64,000 nucleotides of DNA from NCBI GenBank assembly GCA_008632985.1, contig QPGO01000026.1, forward strand, positions 620,001-684,000. Reading direction: 5' to 3'. Positions 11,439 to 23,422 of the stretch are shown piece by piece; the first letter of the stretch is position 1; the number at the start of each line of letters is the position of its first letter. The DNA comes from Psammoneis japonica. Lineage: Eukaryota. The position numbers were made by a program, and so were the translations under genes. Below the pieces are notes generated by a model. The model was given only the letters and a program-made list of their open reading frames with translations, ran no database searches and had not been told where the DNA came from.

Positions 11439-12560
11439 ATGACTAGTACTGACATTCACATGATTGAGTTCTTCAGTGGAATTGGAGGCATGAAATGTGC
11501 CGTCGAGGCGGCATTGTGCAAACAAGAACAAGACTCGCCGTTGAAACTCAAGAGCTGTCTTGCAATTGACATTTCCATTCATGCCAATGAAACCTATCAA
11601 CGAAATTTTCCGCATGCAAATGTGAGAACCAAATTGATTGAACAGTTGCAGCCACGAGACCTCGAAACACCACAAGACGAAGCAACAGCCTTGTGGACCA
11701 TGAGTCCACCCTGTCAACCCTTTACACGTACACGTCATGCACGGCAACGCGATTTTAGGGACAATCGCAATGCCGGATTGCGTGCCATTCAACGACTCTT
11801 GATGGAAATTCCCAACAAACCCAAATGGATTCTTCTCGAAAACGTCAAGCATTTTCGTACCAGTCAAGCATGGTTGGAATTGCAACATGTTTTGCTCCAA
11901 TGCGGCTATTCCTACAAGGCGTACTTGTTGGATCCCATGCAATTGGGTATTCCCAATCACCGAACAAGATTTTACGTCTTGTGTGAACGATCGGATCGGT
12001 TCTTTGCTAGAGAGTGGGATGGAACCATCCATACAGAACTGCCGCCATTTACGAAGACAAGACAACGACAATTGCTGACGATTTCTCACTTTGTTCGGTC
12101 AGTTTCGCAAAACGAGCTGCAACAATTTATCTTGTCGGACGAGACACTCTCCAAACCGTGGGCCCAACATTTGAGCATTGTGACACCCCAAAATGATGAA
12201 ACGTATTGTTTTACCGCAGCCTATGGTCGACAACTTCACAAGGCAACCGGAAGCGTACTACTGTTTCAAAGTAAAAACAATAATAGTAATGATGAGCCGG
12301 AGAACGACGGTGACGACAACAACAACAACAACAACCACATGTTACGACAGTATAGCGGCAGAGTACGAAGATTTACACCCGACGAATTGTTGAGATTGTT
12401 TGGATTTCCCAAGGACTTTACATTTCCTCCAGAGTTGTCGTTGCAACATCAATACAAGCTTGTGGGGAATTCAATCAGTGTCTTTTGTGTACAAGAATTG
12501 TTTCGAGAATTATTGTTTTTCAACAAAAAGAAATGCATGAAATGGCATCGTGATGAATAA
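11439..12560 (+). CDS. DNMT2: DNMT2/TRDMT1-type (tRNA C38) cytosine-5 methyltransferase
   Basis: C5-MTase motifs EFFSGIGG (I), MSPPCQPF (IV), LLENV (VI), PNHRTRFY (VIII), DNMT2-diagnostic CFT (CFTAAYG), RRFTPDE (IX), YKLVGNSI (X); no N-terminal regulatory domain. Confidence 0.9.
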   Translation: MTSTDIHMIEFFSGIGGMKCAVEAALCKQEQDSPLKLKSCLAIDISIHANETYQRNFPHANVRTKLIEQLQPRDLETPQDEATALWTMSPPCQPFTRTRHARQRDFRDNRNAGLRAIQRLLMEIPNKPKWILLENVKHFRTSQAWLELQHVLLQCGYSYKAYLLDPMQLGIPNHRTRFYVLCERSDRFFAREWDGTIHTELPPFTKTRQRQLLTISHFVRSVSQNELQQFILSDETLSKPWAQHLSIVTPQNDETYCFTAAYGRQLHKATGSVLLFQSKNNNSNDEPENDGDDNNNNNNHMLRQYSGRVRRFTPDELLRLFGFPKDFTFPPELSLQHQYKLVGNSISVFCVQELFRELLFFNKKKCMKWHRDE

Positions 12561-12930
12561 GATAGAGAGTAGGATAATCGACACTTGGGCTTTGGGGATA
12601 GCGCGCACTCGGGTATAGCTCGGTTCGTAGCAATTGTTCCGATTTCCCGCATTCCTCCAAAACCTTATTGTCGTACCTGCTCCGCCTCCGACAATACACA
12701 AATGATATTTATGGAGCGACTGGTGGTGCTATATGCTTGAACTGGCTAGGGTGCACAAAAATAGCGGATGTGCCGACGTCTCGATAGTAGCCACGTCACC
12801 AGGATTCTCTCTCTACCGATTACAAACACTCTACTGTAGAGAGAGACTCTAGCTTACAAAGTTTTTTACATGTTTTGCAAAATCTCGTGTCCAGTTGACA
12901 GAACACTAACTACTACTACATTGGTACAAT

Positions 12931-14081
12931 TCAGTCTTGACACAAGATACAGTACGACTTGAGCACAACATCGCAAAGCGTCCCCTTGCGATACTCTTTG
13001 GCTTTCAACTCCTTGCCGGTAGCCTTGTTGTTGAAATGAACCGCGTAGCTGTTTTCAATATACTGGAGAGCTTCGTCACCCGTTGGACTGTCATTGCGAA
13101 AGCAAACGTCTCCAAATTGTTTATAACTCACGGGTGCAAACGCTTCGTTGGTAAGGGATTCAACCAACAATTCTTTTCTTCCTTTTCTGGAACAGCCTTG
13201 TTGTTATGTAGATAATCAAAATTGTCATCCTTGCAAACCAATTCAGGGTGTTCCAGTGACGTCCGTCCAAAGGCGAGTGGACCATTGTTGCCCCATTTGG
13301 TACCATTGTAATTCTCGAGAAAATTGTTAATCGTCGCAGCCAAGAATTTGTTTTTGGGTTGGTAAATTTCATAACGGCACAGTGAAACTTTTGCTTGTTG
13401 CGGCCCATGACATTGTCGATACGTGCGTCACTTCCAAGCACATTTGTAATGAGAATGACGTCCGTATCCAAGTAAATACCACCCTGTAAAAACAACAAAC
13501 ACATTCTCAACAAGTTGGTTTCGTTGGAATACCAGAATTTCTCCTTTTGGAGAGCATCGAGATTGTTCAAGAAACGTTCCGCCGCTGACTTGGAAATCAT
13601 TTTATCGTCATCGGCCATCATGGCGGCTTTCAAGACAACTTGAGGTTTGTACCTTTTGATTGAAATATCGTACTTTTTCTTGACAAGAGGAGCGAGTTTG
13701 GGGTGAGATAGGCCCGAAGAAAGACCTCCTTCGACGGGTGTATGAATATACAAGCGAGCCTTGGGATGAAAGTAAAAAATGCTTTCAATACAACGCATAT
13801 TCAGCGTAGAAATCGTTTCATCTCCAGTAGAAACAATAATGTGAAACAACGGAGAATCATTGTTGTTGCTATTGAGTTTCTCAACGCTCGTCGGCAAAGT
13901 TATTGATTTCGATTCAGATGGTGTCAATTCAGAAGCTTGTTTCAATTCTTTAGTCGACGCTTTTGTCGGCTCAATTGGCCTCAACATGTAACGAATCAAC
14001 ACCAATGCAAGTACTGCCAACGACACTCGAAACAAGAAGCGCTGGCTGCCGGACCAACGGCGTTGTTTTCGTGTCGGTCAT
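12931..14081 (-). CDS. Alpha-1,4-glycosyltransferase (GT32, DXD motif), type II membrane; several 1-bp indels
   Basis: N-terminal TM segment, RCIESIF..HP, TNLLR...GGIYLDTDVI, WGNNGP, SYAVHFNN, C-terminal YC. Frame breaks near ~14076, ~13353, ~13150. Confidence 0.85.
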
Positions 14082-14519
14082 GGTGAAAAATGAAAGTGAC
14101 AGCAAGGTCGCCTCAACGGGCCAAGCCGAAAATTTGGCGCGACCTCGTGACGTCATCTGTCAGACGGTTGCTGCACTCTGTGCTACTGCCTGTTTTGTTT
14201 TTTGCTGTCCATTGGCACCTCTTCTGGTCTTTGCGATCATGGTCATGCGACACAACACGCTGTAGACACACATCGATTGACGCAAACACATGTTGCCTGA
14301 CACAATGTTGCGTGGCTCTGGCTGGGTTTTCGATCGTAGGGAGTTCCTCATTCGACCCTGAATTTCCTCAGACAAGGAAAGACAAGGAAACCAGATGAGG
14401 AAAAATTGATTGTCGTGACATGCCACGCAGTTGCAACTGACATGATCCTTTCATCTGCTCTGGCGGTCAACGGCTTGTCTCTATCAGAGCCTGTGGCTGC
14501 CAATGCACTTCAACGCACT

Positions 14520-14900
14520 GCATTCAACGAGCAAGGCAGATGCCGTTGGGCGCCACAATCTTGGGTCCAAAGAGACAACATGCTTCCATGTTCTCTCCCA
14601 GCATGTTCTTTCCAATCAAGTCCACAACAAGCTCAAGCTGGGAGAAGAGACTTTCAACCAATGCACTTGTCAACAAGGAGCTCCTTGTGCTTTCTCTGGC
14701 CATCCACACCCGCATTGTCCATCGTCGACAACGGCTCATCACGCACGACGAGTTCGTTCCCCTTGAACTTGAGCCCATGGTTCCGTGTGCTTTTTCACTC
14801 ATGGCAGTGCACAGAAAACACGCGCAGCACTGCAGCTGACATCATGATCTACATGGGATTCTGTGCGAATCTTGGCACAAAGATTTTTCCTTGTCTTCTT
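14520..14900 (-). mobile_element. Possible decayed hAT-type transposase C-terminal (dimerisation) domain
   Basis: WMARES...LLTSALVESLFSQL...GKNMLGENME resembles the hAT 'AR.YL...ATS...E..FS' pattern; heavily mutated. Confidence 0.3.
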
Positions 14901-17900
14901 CCTTGTCTTGGGCTGACCACTTCCTTGCGATCGAAAACCAACCCTGGTTGTCTCGTCATCCGAGTGAGTTGTTGTTCTTGGCGTCACTCGAGTCGCAAAC
15001 AATGTGAGCAGATGCATTCCAGGTCAAGTTGCGTGCAGACTTGGGTGGCCACAGAAGGAGGAAAGGTGGTGCTGGGTTGGCGGGCACACGATTGATGGAA
15101 AAAGGTGATGGGATGATGAATGATGTGGGCAAGGAGGGGGGCAGCAGAGCAAGGTGACAGGCTTGTTGCTGTGGTGTGGCGAATGTTGAGTGTCGGGGCA
15201 CTCTGGTTGTCTGTTGACAAAATCAGAAAGAAGGGCCCAACGGGCCAGTGCCAGCTGCAGTGCCATCGTGCCTCCTGGAGATCTGGAACATTTGGCGCAA
15301 CCTGAGTTGTGGCATGCAGCTTGAAGCCAGGGGGGGGGGAGCAAGAGAGCAGATGGGACAAGAAATGGTGCACTGGTGCACAGAAGACACAGCAGCAAGG
15401 CACCAGCTGGCAGCAAACACAGGTTTTGCTGTTGGAAAACAAAAGATTTGCACTCTCAGACAGCTCCATGGTTGGCATGAATTGCAAGTTTCATGGAAGG
15501 AAGCTCAAGTGCCACGCAAGTTGCACTGTGTTAAAAGGTGAAGTCAAGTCACAAAGACTCTTGTGTTGAAAGCAATGTGAGTCAAAAAGCAAAGAGGGGG
15601 GGCCTTGCTGGGGCGGAAGAGAAGTCCTGGCTCGGTCCACTCGCCGGGACGAGCTGGTTGTTTGTTTTGCAATGGGCTTAATTTTGACATCCAAGCAGTT
15701 GAGAGCAAACTCCAAATGCAGTTTTGACACAAAATGACCAGTTTCTCAAGGATTTTCCTTCACCCAGTTTGTGCTGTGGTGCGAGTGCTGTGTGGACAGC
15801 AGCTGCAGCTCGGGGGCCAGTGCCAGGTGGCAACCCAGATGCATCAGCTTGCTCTTCAAAAGAGCTGCAGTCACAACCCAACAAAGCTGGATGGCAGTTG
15901 CCAGAAGCAGATCTCTTGCTTGAGGTGAAGCTGCTGCTGAGCTGTTTTTGCACATGAAGAAAAACAACAAGAAAGCTCATTTCCAGCTGTGCCAGTGGGG
16001 CTGCTGGGTTTGCAAGTGAGAGCAGGGGTCGTGCTGCAAGCTGGGGTGAGCAAAGTCACCAGAGACAACTCAAACTGGGGTCATGTGCATGATCTTGAAA
16101 AAAGGGAACAGGAGCACTGGATCAAAAGAAGAGAAAAAAAGCAGCACTGCACAGGCAAGGGCACCCTGCCGAGGCAGCAAAAAGCACGCCAATTGGCTTT
16201 GCTCCCCAGGTGCACCAGCTGCTCCCCTGCAAAAGAGTTTTGTTGTTGCTGTGTTTCTGTCTTGTGCTTGTCATCAAAGTTTTGCATGTGTGCCGGACAA
16301 GCTGATGATTTGAACAAGGTGCTGAAGCAACACACAAACATGGAGTGTGCGCATGGAAGTGGGCCGCATTTTGTGAAGGAGTTTCTGGCAATGCAGAGCA
16401 GCAGAGAACCTGCTGTGCAATTTAAAACCACACACAGATGAATCATGGTGAGGCACTGAAAACCGCGACAGAGCAAACTGGCGAGGGAACAAACTGCAAA
16501 GCATGGTCATGGTGTGCAAGCACAAAACTCTTTTTCTGTGTTCTGCATTTTTGATGCACTGGCCAAAGGACTGCTTCAATCTTGACATCTCTCAGGCTTT
16601 GCTTCTGACAAAGTGATGAGGGTTCCAATGTTTGTGCCATTGGCTGCAGGCACCCCGTGGCCTGTCATTGTTTTGTCTTTCGCTGGTGCGAACACAGTGG
16701 CACAACACATTGTGCACAGGCAGATGGGTGTTGTGTCATTTTTAAGGGGCTCAAGTGATTGTTTTGTTGGGCTCATGTGATGTTTTGTGTCAGTGGGCAT
16801 TGCATCCAAGTGTTTTGGCCAATCAGAAAACTCTTCCTGAGATTTGCGACATTTTTGTCAAAGGAAAAGAACAAATGAAATGCTTTTTCTTTTGTCCAAA
16901 CAACAAATTGCAATTGGCCACATCGAAACAAAGGCAATTTGTTGATGTCACATGTGTCATGACATGATGTGATCACATTTGTTCTGTTGCTGCGTCACAA
17001 TCATCACAACACTGTCGCGCGGCCCTCCAAAAACATGATTGGCGAACTTGGCATCACACAATCACACTTCTACATTCACGAACAATTTTTACAACTCCTC
17101 ACATGCGTTCTCATCAAAGAATGCTTTTTCAGGTGGTGACGTCATTCGTGCCATTTTTTTAACAACTTTGATGCCTTCCATCTCGAAAACGAGTCAGAAT
17201 CCCCCCACTTTTCTCGTTTCCAAAACATCTCTTTTACTCAGCTGCACAACACAAGCGAATCATAAAAAAATCTGCAGAACCATTTTGGAGACATTTTTGC
17301 TTTCATGCAATCGTGCAGCATGTCACAAGCTCTTTTTATGAATTTTGGTCTCAACTTCACGATCGGTGTTCCATGCATGGCAACACAGACAGAACCCTGA
17401 AACCATCATTTCCTCATCCACCTTCATGCACTGCACTTGGTCCATAAAAGTCAGACCCATCCATCCGGTTTGAAAAATCTCGCTCCGTTTGCTCCTCCTT
17501 TCACCAACCAATGAGGTCCCATTTTTTCAAAATTCCAAAAAACAAGTTGAAACTCCAGGCCCTGATCGGCACATGATGCTTGGTTGACATGCACCTGACT
17601 GCAAGACGCCTCTCCGGGTCCCTCCCCGTGAGGCGAAACACTCAACCGGCCACACCATGAGAGCGCAGCCGGTCCATCTAGAGGTGGGACCTCGTCCCAC
17701 TGAACTGTGACATCGACAGTTTTTTGAATTGCGTCGCATGTCGCGCACGCACATTTCTACGTGATTTTGGCGAAATTTTGCATCATTTTATAGCACAATT
17801 TTCAGGTGATCCATTCACCAACTTTTCAATGTTTTTTTCTTCTACGCCATTCTCGAGTGTCTCAAGAATGGCGCAGGGCAGGCGTGTTGTCTAAAACTTT

Positions 17901-18240
17901 GAGTGCGAACAGAGACACATGTGCTGCAAACTTGGCCGTTCATTTTATGTCGAAGACAAACACATCCATTAACCACAGTGCGAACTGCAGAGCTCGCACG
18001 CAGAATTCTACGGGGCAAATGTCACAAAAAGTCCCACCTGGGACTGGAACCCGTCAGCAAGTTCAAGGGGGCAAGAGTGGCGAGCACTCAACTGTGTCTC
18101 CACTTTGCGAAGGTGTCCCAAGTCATCTTGTCACTGTGCTGGGATGTGTTGTCCTTGTCACATCTGAGTGTGCACACTCCCAATGCTCTGCTCTGATTCT
18201 GACTTCATTGGGGCAAACTCAAAAACTCTTGCAATTTTGT

Positions 18241-18580
18241 TGCGGATCCCACGATCGGCTCGCGAGTCACCACGTGCACCAGCAGAAGGTTGTCAGTGGT
18301 TGTTCTTTGAACAAAAGGCATGGCATTTTCTGCAAACATTTGTGTCAAAGCACGTCTGGGTTTTGGGCACAAAGCAAGCGTGGGTGATGCCCTCCCAAAC
18401 TGGCGGGAGCTGGCTGATGCCTGACGACGCTGGCTGTTTGCTCCAACTGTTTGTTCTGTTGTGTGGTGGAAGTGTGTTCTCATCACATGCTGAACACTGA
18501 TGGCTTTGGACATGCAACAAAATGGGATTTGAGACTGCTGAGCACACCCCATGACATCTGAAATGATCAAATCTGATGAT
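18241..18580 (+). repeat. Decayed duplicate of intergenic 51496-51831
   Basis: tgcggatcccacg..., gcacgtctgggtttt, ggctttggac, tctgaaatgatcaaat shared in order. Confidence 0.85.
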
Positions 18581-19149
18581 GATCCTTCTGTGTCTGTGCA
18601 GTGTCATCGCTGCTGTCCGACACACACGCAGGCCACCAAATTGAAAAGAAATTTGCAACAAATTCCAAATCCCTGCACAATCGCTGTGCAGTGAGTCAAG
18701 AAATGACCCTTGTCACCCTCCAAGATCGTCTTTGCAATGCAGGCAATGTCCTCTGGTGCATTTTCAAGGTGCAGGCGTTCTTTCCACTTTGATCAAGAAA
18801 AGATGTGATGCACAAGAAATGACAAGAAATCCTCATTTTCAAAGGAGGTTGCCTTGTTGCGGCAGCAACTCATGCCAGCTCATTGCAAGATTTCAACAAA
18901 AATGTCCTTTTGGACAATTGCGCCGCCTTTCCTCACAAACAAAACATTGTGCGGCTCTTCATGATGACAACAATCTGATTGGTTTGTTGTTTCATGTTGC
19001 TTGCAGACTTGTGGTTGTTGAAACAGCAGCAGCATTTGCTCATTTGAAGCAAAAAATGAAGCACTCAGAGACCTTGCACATGCTTTCATTGTGAAAAAAT
19101 TTGAGCTGTTTGTCTTGGCAAATTCACCTGCGATTCGCAAATTTTGCAT

Positions 19150-20035
19150 TTCAGCAGCAGGTTGAGTGCAACCAGAGAGTGCATCAAAGTGGCCAAGGAA
19201 CAAAATCTGTGCCAACCAAGTTCTTTGTGAGCATGTCACTGCAGTGGGCCACAGTGGGAAATCTGTCAAGTCATGCCAAATCTCATTCCACCCAGTCTTG
19301 CAGAGCAAAGTGCTTGATGTCCATGTGGCGTGTCTGGTGGGTGGGGCGACTGGCATTGGCCATCAGCAGAGAGGCTGCATTGTCCTCATGCATCAGCACA
19401 GCCTGTGTCTGTGGCACATCCAATTGGTCAAGAACAGAGCACAAATGCAAAGCCATCTCACCAGCATCTGATGCTGCAATGAACCCTGCCTCTCCAAGGA
19501 AGAAGTGGACGCTGCTGTGGGCTGGACCCAAGTTTTCCACATGACAGCCATGCCAGCAAGCAGGAAAGCAATGCCGCTGATGGAGCGGCAGTGACAGATG
19601 TCAACAGACCAATCAGAGCCCTTGCAGCCAGTGAGTTCCATGGGTGATGCTGCGTGTGGGGCAGGTCCGCACAATTGTGAGGTGCCACAAGAGGGAGCAG
19701 AGGAGGGGCACACAAGAATGCAGGGTGAGACAAAGTGCACCAGTGCATCAAACCAAAATTGAGATGTGCGAGCAGATGCCGCAGTGCATGTTTGATGCCT
19801 TTGCAGTGCAGCAGTCCAGGATTGGAGCAAGTTTTGTGACAGCAAAACTCAGGTCAAAACAAGCAGTCATTGTCACCCATGTGATTTCACCAATGGCACA
19901 TTGGCATGAGAACCCTTGAGCAGTCTAGAGAGACTTGACAGATGCAGTGTCTGATGGAGTGGGAGCTTTGTCCAAAAGTTTCATGCAATCAGAGTCTCCT
20001 GGCATGGGTGTTGCCGGTTTCATGGGGCCATTGGA
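19150..20035 (-). mobile_element. Decayed Ty1/copia (CoDi-like) LTR retrotransposon RT C-terminus + RNase H fragment
   Basis: DLSFAVTKLA, LTGCKGSDWS..RSISGIAFLLAG, FIAASDAGEMALHL, HEDN, TRHMDIKHFALQDWVE, SDMLTK; expected Tyr appear as His/Cys. Confidence 0.9.
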
Positions 20036-20109
20036 TTTGGAGCTGCTGACAAGGCAAACAGATTGGGGCAGTTTGCCAGAATGCGCTTGATGCAAGAAGT
20101 GCTGTGATT

Positions 20110-21160
20110 TTCAAAAAACACCACAAAAAAACCTTTGGCAAAGAAATCTGCAAGGTTGTTGGCAGAGATGGCAGATGAAATGTGAGACATGCAACTGCTG
20201 GAAGTGCCAGATGATGTCTCTTTTTGTCTGGCTGCATCTGACAAAAATTGCAGCACCAATCAAACAGCAAAGAACATCGTGCTTTGTGGCAAGCAACTCC
20301 TCTCTCATGTGTTCACGACTTGCATCATTCTTTGACAATGACGCACAAGTGGCGAGAGCAAAAAGGAAAATTTTGTTGCACAACAACACCTGGTGCATGA
20401 TGGCAGACAAGAAAGTCACAATCAAAGACTTCAACCAAACTTTTTGAAAAAATTCCATGATCTTGTTTGCATCTCAAGGCATGGACAAGTGGTGGCGCAA
20501 CTCCAGAGACACCAGCTGATGTTTTCAACAAATTTCAATCACCGCGCAATTGTCCACAGATTTTCATCAACATCTGAGATTTTGCCCATGCAGGAACCCA
20601 ATGACAAAATCTGAGCCTGAGATTGTGGCACAACAGCAGCCACTTGCACACATTTCTTGGTGTTGAAAACAAGTGTGCTGCACCATTGAATGTGCGCCAA
20701 TTGTTGCCATTGCACTCATTTGACAAACAAGTCTCGTTGGTTTTTTTTGCTGGTGATGTCAATGTCGTGCATTTGCGTGACACAGCCATGGTGTTTCACT
20801 CCTCCTCCAGTCAGTTTTTGTGGCCTTTTGATGGTGGCAGAGGGTGCCAAGTGGAGCTCCAGCATGAAGATGATTGCAGAATCTCCATGGAGTTGAAAGA
20901 GAAAAGTGGCAAGCTTGTGGTGGTTGTGAGAAGGGCTCTTTTGCCCAGACAGTTGTGCCGTTTCTTTGAGTTTGCTGGCGCCATTTCAGCAGAGACCACA
21001 GACATGGCTCATCTCTTTTGTGAGCAATGCAGGATTGCCAACCCAGTCAATCACCCATTGTTGACTTCAAATGGCTTGTGCGTCTCAGGAAGAGGGGTGA
21101 TTTCTTGTTTTGGAAGAAGTCAAGGTGGGGCTGTCCCAGCAAAAGAAAACAATCTCCAAG
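20110..21160 (+). pseudogene. Decayed duplicate of the upstream region and 5' CDS of the GNAT-like/ankyrin gene (~51845-52862)
   Basis: CQVELQHEDDCRISMELKEK...AISAETTDMAHLFCEQ vs YKVELQYEEDYRISMELKEK...AISAETIDMARLFCEQ; upstream non-coding DNA also aligns. Confidence 0.92.
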
Positions 21161-21283
21161 TCAACATCAGTGGTCATCTCAAGGGCACTCTTGCAAGTGA
21201 AGTCAAGGTTGATCTGCCCCAGCAAGAAAAGAATCTCCAAGTCAACATCAGCGGTTGTCTCAAGGGCACTCTTTTGCAAGTGG
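21135..21283 (+). repeat. ~68-bp tandem duplication (2 copies)
   Basis: aatctccaagtcaacatcag(t/c)ggt..tctcaagggcactctt..gcaagtg twice. Confidence 0.8.
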
Positions 21284-21421
21284 CAAAAATTGCACACCAT
21301 GACAAGTGCCGCTAACGCATCGTCTTGCAGCACTGTGCCTGTTGCAACACTGACTGCCAAACCTTGTGCATGTGATCCAACAGCATTGAAGCACATGCTC
21401 ATGTTTTAGATTTGATGAAAC

Positions 21422-22915
21422 ATGTTGGATTCATCAACAATGCTGCGGTTAAATGGCGACACTCACAGAAACACACAAAATGTGGCTCCAAAGCACAGCA
21501 TGACCCAGGAGAGGCAAATCGCACTTGTTGATCCCAAAGTCAACCTTTTGATTAATCCAGTGCTTAATTTGGAATGTGATGGGCATGAGACACTGCATCA
21601 CATTCTTGGTTGTGACCCCAGTTGGCACAATGTTTTTTGGAAGGTCAAGGCTTTCATCAAAATGGATGCCGCCAAGCAGAAGATTGAGAAGAACCACTGG
21701 GGCAAGCTCCCACAATGGGAGAAAGACATGTGTGGACAAAGGATTCTTGTGTTGAATGAGCAAAAGGCTGCTGTTCATGAAAAGTGCATGCAAGCAGCTG
21801 TCAGAACTGCAAAGTTGCCGCGATCATTTTCACCCATGCCAAAACAGGTCATGGAACAAACACCAGTCACTGCAGACATTGACGCCACCGGAGAACAACA
21901 GGCAGAGCCACATGGCAATGAATCTGACAAAAGACTGACATCAGCCGGTTTGTCAGAATTGTCAAAGATGTTTTTTAGAGGCAACAGCAGAAAGTGTTGC
22001 CCCAGAACTCCAGTGCTGCAGTCAGTGGAACAAGCAAGTGCCCCCACCAATGACAGCAGCTTGAGCTTCAATCTGAAAGCCACATCAATTTTTTCCCCAA
22101 CAGAAGAATGTCCAGCTTTGGTGGAAGATGCAGAACAGGCAAAAAATCTCAATCAAGAAGTCACTTTGCATCTGACAGGAACAAGCACAGCTTCTCTCAG
22201 CCAACAGGTGGACAGAGCTGCAATTGACTCAATTCAAGCACTGTTCAAGAAAGCAGGAACTGCTGCTGATGCAACACACTGTCCAAATCGACTTGACAAT
22301 GAACCATGTGTGCATGTTGTGTGCTTGGTGTTGAATGGGGTTGAACTTTCCAAGACTGATGGCAGACAATGAAGTGTGATTGACCTTCCTGCCAAAAAGC
22401 CGGGGGTGCTGTTGGTCACACATTCAGGGGATGACACAAGAAACCCTGCAATGCAAGCATTCAAGGCTGCCACTGGGGGCAAAACAAGAAGCAATGATTG
22501 TTTTAATTTTTGCCCATTGGCTGTGGGTGAGGACAGTTTGGTTTCATCTGTCGTTGAGAAGTGCGTCAATGTTTTCAAGAAGAGCCACACAAAACCATCC
22601 AAAAAGCCTCGAGCCTTCCCTGAAGTCATGCAAGAATTGTGAACAGACGTTGGATGAACAGCACGCAGCACTTCAACATCTGGAGCAAACTGCCAGCATG
22701 AGTCAATGTGCTGCCACTTTAGAAAAATTGATGGCCTGGGGATTGGGGTTGGGCAAATCTCATCAACTCGTGCCAAGTGGATGAATCAGATGATTGCATG
22801 GAGCATGCTGAGGAAGTGTCCTGAGACAGAGGGTGGTGCAGCTGCAGATGGATCAATGTGTTGCTGCTTGCATTCAATTGAATGCTTGTGCATGAAATGG
22901 GAGTGGACATGTTGA
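21422..22915 (+). pseudogene. Decayed coding sequence of unknown family
   Basis: Protein-like but Tyr-free 316-aa ORF continuing through TGA stops and frameshifts. Confidence 0.35.
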
Positions 22916-23422
22916 TTAACCAAGAAGATGTCTTGACCAATCGTGGCTTTTGGTTTTGCTTCAAAGTCTGCATTTTCAACAGCCCTCTCAGACTGTCGAC
23001 TTGCCCTGAACTCTTCCTTTTGTAACTGGCCATTTTGGATCTGTTGCTTGCATTGCTTGTCTTCCTGGAACAAGTTGGTGAACTTTTGATGCCTTGTTTA
23101 AACTCCCTTTGATCGGTTTTGGGTGTGCTGCAACGATTGCTTTTCATCTTTCCGGCTCTGGCTGACCTTTCACGCGTGCAAGCTCCTTGTCGAGTTCTGG
23201 AACAGCGCACGCACCGACTTGACATTGGCTCCCTAAAATTCTTTTCATGCTGCAGTCGTTGTCTCTCTTCCTTCCTTCTCTCTTGTTGCAGCAAAAGCAA
23301 CGGAGTCGCTTCGCTCCCCCTCTTCCCCCCTCTTCTTCCGTCGGTACCTCCCTATTTTCGGGTCTCGAGACGTGCACCTCATCGATGCAAGAAGGAGCTT
23401 CAAAGATATCTGTAGCCCCGAC

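Larger units (their letters stand above)
14270..23300. other. TpA/CpG-depleted domain I (decayed TEs and decayed gene duplicates)
   Basis: Very few TA; ORFs nearly Tyr-free and Cys/His-rich; boundaries approximate. Confidence 0.85.

Noticed and set aside
639..14081. Repeated frameshifts in amidohydrolase, fabB, DUF6824 and GT32 (also ~61080) as programmed frameshifting, editing or pseudogenisation
   Set aside because: Those I examined are fixed by one base in a short homopolymer, with no slippery motif and no other decay; typical long-read consensus errors. Needs read polishing to confirm.
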